Below are positions 22,770-34,175 of a stretch of DNA of 40,157 bases, piece by piece; the first letter of the stretch is position 1, and each line of letters starts with the position of its first letter. Made by a program: the position numbers and the translations under genes. The notes below the pieces were generated by a model. It did no database searches. It was not told the origin of the DNA and was given only the letters and a program-made list of their open reading frames with translations. This DNA is from Nemertoderma westbladi (taxonomy: Eukaryota; Animalia; Xenacoelomorpha), in the NCBI GenBank assembly GCA_032718475.1, contig JAUCBJ010002719.1, positions 1 through 40,157 on the forward strand, written 5' to 3'.

Positions 22770-23455
22770 CATATAAATACTACCAAGACCGAATTCATCA
22801 CTTAATGTTAATGGAAACTTGACAAGAATTGATAATAATCAACTAAGAATGGCTGACGACTTCAAGTACCTTGGGTCGTTGTGACATGGATAGGGGTAGA
22901 AAAAAAGACATACAGGTAGAAGTTAAGGCTTGGGAAAGCAAAGGCTTGGGTAGCGTAGCTCTATCAAAAATGGATACCGTTTGGAAATCCACCAGGCACC
23001 TGAAGACTAAGTTGTTCCGAGCCACAGTGGAAAGTGTACTTTTATGCGAGAGAGAGACCTGGTCTGGACACTGACGAAATCACTTAAACACTGAATTGAT
23101 GGTTGCTACACAAAACTACTAAGGGCAGTCCTAAACATCAGCTGGAGACAACACATGACAAACGCCGAGCTTTATGGTACAATACCACCTGTATCAACCA
23201 CCCTCCGTGAACGCAAATTAAGATTCAGTGGGCACTGCTGGCGATGTAAAGACGAGGTCATACCAGATCTACTTCTCTGGCAACCAACTCATGGAAAGCG
23301 TAGTCGTGGACGACCGGCCATAACATATATAGATCAACTTGAAAGGGATACTGAACTTGGGAGAAACGAAATTGCGACAACTATGGAGAATCGGGAAGCC
23401 TGGAAGGATCTCATTTCGAATGGCCGAGTTCGCTCGACCATGTAGTAGTAGTAGT
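22770..23455 (+). mobile_element. RTE-like LINE family 2, copy A, 3' part with (TAG)n tail
   Basis: HINTTKTEF...LFRATVESVLL...RKLRFSGHCWR, ending TGTAGTAGTAGTAGT. Confidence 0.88.
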
Positions 23456-24520
23456 CCCAAATCGTGTGCTCTCTCTAGAAATACTGTAGGCTTACAATTT
23501 AAGCTAAGCATACTGGTGATATAGCATATACTGTACTCATAGACAAGTGAGATCTGAAGGCAAGGAGAGATGGTGGCCCTATTGTAATGGTAATTGCATA
23601 CTTACATCAAAGTTAATTATAAATAAATACTTTTAATAAACTGGCATTAAACTGTACATGATGAAAGAAATCACTAATTACATCATAAAAAGAAATCGAT
23701 CCTGTTTAATTACAATGGCATCATGATTATTATGTAATGTGTGGACTAATATAGATGAAAGTCAATTTATCTACTAAATTAACCCCATCATGTTAACATC
23801 AAAGTATATACATCTTTGTAAACTACCATATCATAGACGAAATATTAATAGCCAAACTGTCCTGTATATTAGTATATTTATAGAAGTAAATGGAATAACA
23901 GTCCAATACTTAACTTTGGGTAAAAAAATTTTATTGAAGTAACATTACGTAGTGTTTTTTACGTGACTACAGTATATGCAATTAGACCTACTCTAGGCTT
24001 CAGAACATTTACAATAACTACAGCATTTCTTTTTATAATGTTATAATGTAATTGTTATTTGTAAATCTTCAGATTTACAGATTTAATTAATAGAAGTGTC
24101 CTGAAGATTGAAGATTTACATCCCACATGCTTGCACGCCACTAGTAATCCATCTCTTTTTAACATGTCTTACCAGAGGATTACTATTGCCTATTGCGATA
24201 CTAGAACTGTGGGCCGGCCTATTCTTAAAACAATTTTAAAGTAAAAAATTTCGTTTTGAAATACGTACAATTATTCGAAAATTAAATTATTACTATATTA
24301 TTTGAGTCTACGAACTATTCTAGGCTACTAATAAAGATGTGAATATTATTCTTACACCCTCATTCACAGTAGTTCTACACAACGATGTCGTTGTCCTAAT
24401 AATATTAGTATATTTTGTAATCCGTGAACGTGCTAACGATTAATCGAGTAATCGATTTACTTTACCGTTAGTTAGTCCAGATAATTTAGTAGTGTGTTTA
24501 GTAGCATTCAGAAGTGTGAG

Positions 24521-24935
24521 TGTTCGCGCTTTTAAACCTTTAACAGTTTAACCTGCAATTTACTAGACAATTAACAATTAGACCAATTAACAAACTAGAC
24601 AATTTATATGTCTATTAATACCTGACAGCCCAATACAGATGAACACAGCCGAGGCCAGTCTAGCGCGGCGTATGACCCACCGGAGGTGGGAGACTTGATC
24701 CAATGGCAGAAAGAGCCGTAGGACACTTTGTATTATTCAATTGATCTTTACTATATAATCTCCAAAAACTATGTTTATTTACCGTTAAATACTAACAGTT
24801 CCTTTCAGGTGTTGCGCTCTAAATACTACGCAGAGATATGACTTGTACTAATTACAACGGGTGGGCATAAGACAACGCAAATGTTTTCAACCTTTAGGGA
24901 TGTATTTATTGAACTTTCACATGCAAGCACGGACG
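24521..24935 (-). mobile_element. diverged LTR-end fragment related to the LTR at 26365-27861
   Basis: Aligns by eye with 26365-~26760; both begin sharply at TGTTCGCGCTTT (…GCGCGAACA on the - strand, an LTR-like terminus). Confidence 0.55.
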
Positions 24936-24945
24936 GACAATAGTA

Positions 24946-26176
24946 GGGTGAGTGAGGGAGATTTGAACCCCAAAAGTTATAATCGCTCTAAAGAACACAT
25001 AAATGAATTTTTCAATGCCGTTTTAACTTTTTCACATTAGATTTATGATTGCTATCATTATGTGAGAGTTTGAGAATTTCAACTCTTGAACTTTTTTAAT
25101 TAAACCAATTAATCGTATTTTCGAAAAAGCGTCAAGTCTCCCTCAATGGGGGGAGACTTGACACCTAGGGTGGGAGACTTGAACCCCACCTCGCATACTT
25201 GTAAATTCGTTCAAAAATGCAGAAGAAGTGTAATAATTACATGTTCAACATGTCTATTTTCTAGTAGAGCAAAAAAAATCCAAAAAATGCGATTGTTAAA
25301 TTGTTAAATTATTATCCAAAATTTTATACAAATTTAGGTGGTCGTTCACATGGTTCTCCCAACAAGAACTGAATAAATAATAGTTCATTAAAATCGCATT
25401 CAAATTTAACGCGGGAAGGTACTTTTTATTAATGAATATCTTGTATATTTTTCAATCCAGGCATATATTAATTGTTTTCCTGTAATTCTATTGATGTGTG
25501 CTGCTTTCTTACGAAGTGGCATCTTGTTTAACCTGTCAATCACCCAGTTGGCGGGCTACTAACTACATTGAAAAGAGGTAAGGAAGAGTTGGTTGGCTTG
25601 GCTGGGTTTCTCAAGGCCTCTCTCTCTCTCTACCTCTCCCTGGCCACTCCATTGTATTCACATTCCATTCATAGCTTGGTCTGTGTAAGTGCCGATCAAC
25701 TAGTTGGAGTGCTCTGGTGTAATGGTTCTCTACGTGGGTGTATCTCTAGGGAGACGTCAGCATTGAAGGCTTCAAGTCTCCATCACACTCGGGCGTCGCG
25801 TCATGTCTCCCCACATGGGCTTTTTTTATATTAATTGATATAATTTCAAAACGTCCAAACCAAAACTGGAAAACAATATATGGCAGGATAGTGCAATAAT
25901 TAGTCAACACATGTTGTGAATTACAATTAACATACAGTAAAATAAGGATGCGAATTTTCATTCGTTGTAAAGGGCAAAAATTTACTTTTGAACCCAGAAA
26001 ACGTTTATTGACAATAAAACAAAAAATAACCAAAAGGTAATAAAACATTGTTGCGCGGGTGTAGCCAACATGTATTTTACACATTATTGTGAGGCATTGT
26101 TTAATAATTTCCAATAGTTTTTGAGTTATTAAAAAAAATCAAGTCTCCCCTAAAGTCAAGTCTCCCTCACTCATCC
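24946..26176. mobile_element. non-autonomous TIR DNA transposon (Tc1/mariner-pogo-like, TA target)
   Basis: TA|GGGTGAGTGAGGGAGATTTGA ... TCAAGTCTCCCTCACTCATCC|TA; subterminal GGGAGACTTGA motifs at ~25132, 25152, 25172 and 26139; no transposase recognised. Confidence 0.7.
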
Positions 26177-26364
26177 TACATACAGTATGTGTTAATAGTA
26201 AAATGTATGGGGATAGCCTGGGGTACCATCTCCCCTTAAACACATAGGCCTACCGGTATATTAATTCTATATTGAATATTGTTCAATTGTTTGTATATTG
26301 AATGTTGTCAGAATGAACTTAAAATACTTATTTTATTTTATTATTATGTATTAAATTATGTATT

Positions 26365-27861
26365 TGTTCGCGCTTTCAGACCTTTAGCAGTTTAACCTGC
26401 CAAATTTGGATGTCTTCTAGATTGTAAATCGACTTTAGCCTATGACGAGTATTTGATACACTACATTAGCCGAAGCCAGTCTATGCGCGACCATTCACCC
26501 GCTGGATATACCCGGGAGACTGGATTCGGAAGCCTAACCTTATTGCGGTGTAGACCTACTGTATTATTCGACTGATCGTAATATATAATCTCTGACAAAT
26601 ATTATTCACTTTCGGGAAATATTAACAGTTCCTTTAGGACGTGGCGCTCTAAATATGTAAACAGAGTTATGACTTAAACTAGACACAACGGGATGGCTAT
26701 GGATTCACGTATATAGCGCATTCTTTAGGAGATGCTTTGTTATCAATCACAATCATACACACTACTGCACAATGCTGCACACCGATCTGCCGACCTTCAC
26801 TAATTTAGTCACATATAAAGAGAACAACGACCGATACATGTAGTGCCTATGAAATAGCATTAGATTCACTTCAAAACCACTTTAATGTAAGTCGCAATCG
26901 TTATATGTAACCGGTCTCTCTTACCTTCAGTACTAGACACAACGGGATGGCTATGGATTCACGTATATAGCGCATTCTTTAGGAGATGCTTTGTTATCAA
27001 TCACAATCATACACACTACTGCACAATGCTGCACACCGATCTGCCGACCTTCACTAATTTAGTCACATATAAAGAGAACAACGACCGATACATGTAGTGC
27101 CTATGAAATAGCATTAGATTCACTTCAAAACCACTTTAATGTAAGTCGCAATCGTTATATGTAACCGGTCTCTCTTACCTTCAGTATATCAAGAAGATTG
27201 AGGGTTTTATAATTATTTATCGATATTCCAAATATAATAATATTCCATCAACTGATATAATGAATAACCGACAGTAAATAGCAGTAAAAATGCGGTGTTT
27301 GTAGTTGAATTGAATTGTTATGATTGTTTTGTTAAGTAAGTAAGATAACAGATATACGTTTCTGTGATTAAGCCTACTAATGTTGGGCTAAAGCCTGAAC
27401 ACACAGAGATTCCAAAGCCGGTCTTCTAGGCTCGGGAAAACCAACACAACTGATCCCTCTGGGTTGTTGTAGGTATCTTTCAACACAAAGAGAAACAGCT
27501 CTCATTGGCCGAGTTCCAGATTCTGTAGGTTCCACAAATGTCTAAATGCCGAACTATTCGGGTTTTTGCAGCCCATATTCAACACAAGGCGAAATCGCTC
27601 TGATTGGTGGATCATTGTTCTGATTGGTTGATCGAACAGAACAAAGAGCCTATAGGCGTACAGCAAATCGGTTGGTAGATTGCGTCATTTGAGTTAGGTA
27701 GTTTAGAGTATTTGAGCGCATTGTGGGAAAACTGGCTTTTTATGTCCACTAAAGCACACATGCAGACACAGCGGATAAATCGCTAGTTATGTCCTCTAAA
27801 AACACTTTACACAGTACATTGCGGAGAAAAGGGCCAGTTATATCCCGCAAAAGCTTTTACA
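26365..27861 (-). mobile_element. putative 3' LTR of the BEL/Pao element
   Basis: On the - strand a purine-rich GGGAGCGG (27862-27869) is immediately followed by TGTAAAAG; the segment ends ...GCGCGAACA and has two CCAATCAG boxes at ~27600-27628. The 5' LTR is not in the window, so this is unconfirmed. Confidence 0.55.
26678..27186. repeat. 254-bp tandem duplication, 2 apparently identical copies
   Basis: ACTAGACACAACGGGATGGC...TTACCTTCAGT starts at 26678 and again at 26932. Confidence 0.93.
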
Positions 27862-27939
27862 CCGCTCCCAGAAAATGGGATTTAATTCTATAAAATATAA
27901 AAAATCACAGTTTCTAAAATATAAAAATACTCTAAACAG

Positions 27940-29299
27940 CTAGTCTTTCTTGCGCGGACGGCGTTTAAGCAGTTTTTTGAGGCTAGCAAGAGTCCTTTTC
28001 TCTTTGGGGCGAGCCACTTTACTAGGAGGGCTGTAACTCCTGGGTGAAGGGTGCAATACAATTGCATCAGAAGGTTTAGGGTTACGGTCGATGTCTCGTC
28101 CATTTCGATATGCTTCTCCTCGAGCTGATTTTCCTCCGCTTATCGTTGGATGCGTTCGTCCAAAACTCTTGCAGAGAATAGGGTCGTCCAAGTTCGATAT
28201 CTTCTTAGAGATTCTGAATTTCCTGATCGACCTGAGATAAAATTAATTCGTTTACCGCTTTGACTTGCTGCTGCAATTTACGTTTCTCTAAACAATTGTA
28301 GGTTCATTTTCCGATCTTTTGACGAATAGTGTCCAACGCGTTTCGTACAACTCTTTCCTCCGCCTCGGTGACAGGTTGTATCGGGTTAAACAGGGACGAT
28401 GATACGGTTGAATGGCGATATTAGCTGTCCGCGCCGCAATCCGACTAGGTAAGATGGGCGAATATTTAGGGAGCCCACAACCGGAGTGCCACCGACTAAC
28501 TGTTCGGGTAACACTAGATCTTTGAACAGTGAGTACAATTCGGGAGGATCCGTGATACTATTAGGATTAAGAGTCTGAGGTCTAACTAGGGAATGAGGAG
28601 GTCTGACCGAGTATTCCGGAACTCTGATCATAGGTTTATTTAAGGATCGTTTGAATCGAGCGAGCGTAGGTGATACATCGAACAAGTTTCGCTCGAAACT
28701 CCCGTAAATATAGCGAGTAAAACTGTGTTTAAAGCAACGTCTCCGCGGATGTTTATGTCTTTCCGTTTGTTGGTTGGGTCTTGGGCATTCATCGCAATAA
28801 TACCAAAGACGCACGTCTTGTAGGGGAAACGCGGGTGATATTTATTCGGTGTTACAACGTTTCTCTCAAGAATTCCAAAATATATGTTAGAGTTACTGCG
28901 TTTATCCGGTTCTTTAACGTCTTCTCTTTCGAGTCGATTTCGAATAGAATTTTCGCATTCGATTTTCAGTTTATCGTTCCGACTCCGCTGGGTATGATAC
29001 TTAAATAGGACCATTTCCCTTTCGGTGTCGATATCGTCCGTATCGTGTAAATCGATAGGATGGCCAGTAGTTAAGAAGTCCATATACGTACCATTATAAT
29101 GCGTATAGTGAGCAGCGAATTTTCGATAGTCGAATTCACGCGTAAGTTGCTCCTGGGACATCGGCGGTTCGATATAACGCCCATCGTCCTCCGTAGTAGT
29201 TGGACTAGCGTCGCTGCGTATCAAGCTATCAACAAACGCTTGCAACGGTAGAGTATATTTCTCCCTGATACCAAGATCATCTTCTATCAACCGAGTCAT
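27940..29299 (-). pseudogene. unrecognised extra ORF, disrupted, between the pol remnant and the putative 3' LTR
   Basis: 219-aa ATG-initiated ORF (28640-29299) followed by overlapping protein-like frames (28386-28814, ...PIQPVTEAEERVVRNALDTIRQKI..., 27940-28191) in a segment visibly more GC/CpG-rich than its flanks; no family recognised. Confidence 0.5.
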
Positions 29300-30388
29300 A
29301 GCTGCTATATGAGTTTATCAATATTATAATGAGTTTATATTTAGGCTAGCGAGCGTCGCTGCCTACCCCTCTCGGCCCCCGGACAGCGCAAGATCCTCAG
29401 CGCTGGTGTACTTTCGCCGATGTGCCTATCGCCAACGTCGTAGCTGCACAACGACCACAACAACCAGCGCGAGTCACTCCACCGTCCGTCCCAAAGGCTT
29501 AGATTTACTTCAGGTTCTTACTGGAGAGTTAGGGCTACTTTCACAATTGCGACTCGCTACTGTAAACACACTTTAGTAGTAACATTCACCTATAAACGCA
29601 CAAATTCCACACAACTGTCACAAATCGCACACATTCGGGCCATTTGTCAGTTAGTCAGTGCCTTCCAGAATGCCACGTTATTATAGGGTATCCTGGGATA
29701 CTAGCAGTGTGCTATTTATTCCTTATGCTATTCAATGGGCAAGCTTTATTGTTCTTTTAACTCACTTCTAATTCTAGCGTGGTTGTTGCCATGGTGACAT
29801 TATGGAAAGCTAGCGGTAGAATTAGGGTAATTCTCATGCATACAGATCTGGGATGCTATTTAATAGTAATTCTTTAATTGTCAATATTTCTCTTTATACA
29901 TGATTTTATGAATTTTATCGGCTATTGACTATATATTGGAGATTCTCGCACACTAATATACTTAATAGGGTGAATCTCCGCTCCCATGATCTATTAATTT
30001 ATGGAATTTTGGGAATGTTATAAATTGTATAAAAATGACAATTTATCAAATTCATTAAAATATGAATTTAAATTTATTCCCGTAAATTTTATTATTTAAT
30101 ATTAAATAGACACAATTTTATTCCAGAACATGTCTGGGGACTAGGATCCTTGATTCTAGGAAATTGGTCTTTTTAAGAATATCGGTAAGTGCTACGATAT
30201 CATGTGGTTCAACATGAAAAATTGAAAAAAACTAAAAAAAAAATATTCCTACAGATTTTAACTCCAAATGATGAATATTTGTGTTGGACAAGTTTTGGTG
30301 GCATCAGGATAATCATTTAATGCACCAGAGACCCATATAAGCATGAAATGTTCATTAGCGGTAATGTAAATTTGCGATTTAAACGTCA

Positions 30389-30755
30389 TTTTCTGCCGCT
30401 TGCATTTATCGCGTGCCAGTTTCATTCATGTACCTATTCCTCAGAAACTACTGAAGATAGATGTATGAAATTTTGGGACCTTGTACAGAATTTCCAGCTC
30501 TTTCTTAATGGCCTCAATGACATAAATCCATCAATGTGTTTGGGTTTGCCAATGTCTCAAACTCAACAAATTATTTTTTGACTTTGAGACCGTGGCAAGC
30601 ACAACCACATTGATGAATCTATGTCATTGAGGCCATTAAGAAAGAGCTGGAAATTCTGTACAAGGTCCCAAAATTTCATACCTATACCTTCAGTAGTTTT
30701 TGAGAAAGAGGTACATGAATGAAAACTGCACGCGACAAATGCAAGCGGCAGAAAA
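30389..30755. repeat. long inverted repeat (~165-bp arms, ~40-bp loop) inside the Kolobok element
   Basis: TTTTCTGCCGCTTGCATTT...ATGAAATTTTGGGACCTTGTACAGAATTTCCAGCTCTTTCTTAATGGCCTCAATGACATA is mirrored by TATGTCATTGAGGCCATTAAGAAAGAGCTGG...AAATGCAAGCGGCAGAAAA. Confidence 0.93.
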
Positions 30756-30920
30756 AACAGTTTAAAGTTCAGTGAATATGTAAACTTTAATACATTCGAT
30801 CATACAATTATTTTCATTCGATCATACAATTATTTTACAATGTAAAAACACAATTATATTTATGGCAAACAGCAACTATATAACTAAGGAGCATGGAGTA
30901 TATCAAATACATAAAGTGGT

Positions 30921-32585
30921 CTAGAACATTCCACTATCATATGTTTTCGGCCTAGTAGGAAGTTTTCGTTTCCGCCTTTGCTGCCGTATAATTCTAGACT
31001 GGCGTTCTAATTTGCATATTTTCCGGTCAGCCTGAAGGATTCGCTTTCGGTCAAATGTCTGAAAATCCTTAACCGTTTTCTTTGAACTACTGACAAGTTG
31101 GTCTAGGACACCAACTCTTCCTTGATAACTGTCATTGAAGCATATAACTGCATCATTAATGCCAATAGAGAGAGCTTGTTTACTAATGAAGACCCTCTTC
31201 GGGCATCGGCTCCAAGCGAGATTATTGAGGCCTTCATTCCGATTTTGTGTCTGACCATGAAGGCATTTAGATAACAATTCCGGTTCTGACAATGCCTTGT
31301 AGATAGGTTTAATGGCATCAGTCACAGCACGTGGTAGTGAGTTTCTGTGTACATAACATTTACCTTCTTTATGTGCCTGTTTATACTTGCACCATCGATC
31401 AGTACATAACTGATGGCTTGGACTCTTGTCGGTAGTGCATGTATGAAAGAAAGATGCCCATATAGCCTTCTTCATTTCCCGAACAGAGGAGTTGTTTTCC
31501 CTTATGGCTCTACCATAATAGAGCTGGAGACTATCAATCTTGTCATCAGTCAGACGACCTTTTCCCCCTATTACTTTTTTGTCAGCCAGTTTCTTCCTTC
31601 CAATATCCTTCTTCAGGGTACGGAGCCGTGAACCGAGTCTCTTTTGGACGTGTCCTACACATTCCAACTTGGTTATCTGTTTTCCTTTAAGGTTTTGCCT
31701 CTTTTACACTGGAAAAGGTTGATGTATCCCCATCCCCAAGGTACTCAACATATGCAAGGCCTCTGTCATTCATGGATCTATTATAGATATTGAGGGCCCC
31801 AACAACCTCTATTCCTCCACTTGACCCACTGTAATTGCTAGTACATTTGTGTGGTAGAGGGTTATCTTCCCTAGAACAGGTTCGACAGAACTTCGACAAT
31901 ATTTCAACATCCAACACCTTCCCTGTGTCCATACTTATACAAGAAACAAACCCATTGAGAGAACTGTATCCTCGCCTTTGCCACGACCCGTCAAAAGATG
32001 CACCTGTATACTACTACCATCATTAGCATCTTTACTTCACCTGCAGCCCTTTTCATTGACTTCAATGATTCAATCTTCACTGCACTTTCAATAGCTGTAT
32101 TATACGATATTATATTTGAAGGTGGAAGAGGTAAGCCCGAAACTGCTGCAAATATTTTGGCAGGCTCCAGCCCAAGTCCAACACATCTAATCCATACACC
32201 ATAAGCAAGTTAAGCTCAAACAACCTTGAATGTGAATGGCTATAGTTAGATGAACTAAATGACTCAATTGGCAATTCTATGAGGATAGCAATATCTACAT
32301 CTAAGTTCAAAGGTCTCACAGAATCCACTACTGGTAGGTGAAGGAACAGTGTGGACAGAAATACTATCATTCCGTTTGCAAGTTTTGCAAATTGCAAATT
32401 GCAAATTTACCTAGTGCTTTATTGAGTACGGACAGATGAATGATATGGAAGGTTGATGGTGGAGTATTCTTATCTTTGGGATTGGGTGGATCCATATACC
32501 TCAGTTTTGATCTCCTAGCACTACTTGTTGGTACAGCTATGATGGGTGCACTTTCATCACTTTGAACATCTATAAAAAGTGGCAA
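30921..32585 (-). pseudogene. Kolobok-type DDE transposase, frameshifted
   Basis: Motifs SFDGSWQRRGYSSLNG, TGKVLDVEILSKFC, YLGDGD, ECVGHVQKRLG, GRLTDDKIDSLQLYYGRAIR and HGQTQNRNEG across frames. Confidence 0.85.
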
Positions 32586-34175
32586 TACTCATTATACAGT
32601 AATAAGTAGTACTTGCTTGTAAATATGTAAATAATATAACATATGCTAAAACTGTTACCTAAGCATAACCCGTATGATAGCTTATATTGAGGTTGAGGCC
32701 ATCTATTTTTTTTTGGTGTTTTTGGGGTTTTTGTGGTATTTTGGGACAAATTATTATTGTCATATCCAACTACTGGTGGATATGACAATAATAATAATAA
32801 TAATAAGGCTGTTATCTTAGAAGAAAAAAGTCATAAATCCACTAATACAGACAATACACTACATTATTCACAAACTAACTTGATCAAGAGTAGCCCTATT
32901 GTACCTTCAATGATTACCAAACCGGATATCTACTTACTTTTACTTACTTACCAACGGGTTTGTCATCCAGCTTCTTCACATGTTGATTACCGAGAAATTT
33001 ATGATGTTTGTATGTGCTTGTACTGCGAGGCATACTCTTGGTATTAGACGCACCATATACAATTATAAATTAATACACCTACAGCAGCATACCAGCCGAG
33101 CTCAAAGTAACTCAAGCAACCTAAATCCGCAGTGTGCTGCAATAGGCCTACCAGATGTATAAGAAAGACTGTAAATTCAACTTTGAATTTCCCTCTACTT
33201 TGTAAAGTGTGGAAAATAACATAGATTTGTCTCTTTCGCAACAAATTATTTAATATATTCGCACCCGCCCCTTTTATTAGGGGCGGGTGTGTTCGGACAA
33301 CTTTCACAAAAGACGTCATAACTGTTGACAGAGTGACATTCATTGAATATAACTTACATATTCTGAATCTCCATTAAATTGTGGTTTAGAATCCATAATA
33401 AAAAAAAATTTGATTTTTATATTTATTTTTCATGTTGAGCCACCTTCATAGACTAGAATTTTAAAGGATCTAAAATTTGACAGATTTTGTAAATATTAAT
33501 AATTAATATTTAGGATGGGCACCAGTTTATTCCAGAACTTGTCTGGGGACGTTAACCACTGATTCTAGAATTTTGTCTTTCAAGTATATCGGTGGGTGCC
33601 GCGATATCTTAATCGACTAGAATTGCAGATGGTCAAAGGGTTTAACAGATTTATTTGCGTTGTACGCTACTGTTAAAGGGACATCACGCTACTATATGTA
33701 TTATTTAATATACGGTATGAGAGCAATATCGCACGAAGCAATGTCAGTGAGAAGAGGCAAGTCGTTTCCAAGGTCTACCCAGAGCTTGGTTTAGCCGAGA
33801 CACGAGGATCTGAACTTTGCATTCCTAATACTCTACTTACCAATAATACTTGAATATAGTAGGAGCTTTATTGTACTTTAATAAGTACGGACATTTCATC
33901 TTACTGTAGTCACATATTTATAATGTAATACGGACAGTAAGGAAAGAGAAAATAATTATTTCTCGCCGTCGCACTAAATATATAATATATAAGTAATTAA
34001 GTAATAAACACTAATATACATTGCACTAATCTACTAAATAATCGCTAAAATAACATTCTACTAAATAAAATTAAAGAAAACGATTATAATAAAATTACAT
34101 AATAATACATACATAAATATAAAATAATAAAAACAAATATAAAATAATATAGTCACACACCCACTCCAGACGATG

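Larger units (their letters stand above)
30203..33445 (-). mobile_element. Kolobok-type DNA transposon
   Basis: Imperfect TIRs GTGGTTCAACATGAAAAAT / ATTTTTCATGTTGAGCCAC; the uninterrupted paralogous flank repeat has TTAA at the insertion point (~33609); the element encodes a transposase. Confidence 0.75.

Noticed and set aside
30203-33445. Long terminal direct repeats on the Kolobok-type element
   Set aside because: Only short TIRs and an internal inverted repeat are visible; no direct repeat was found at the ends.
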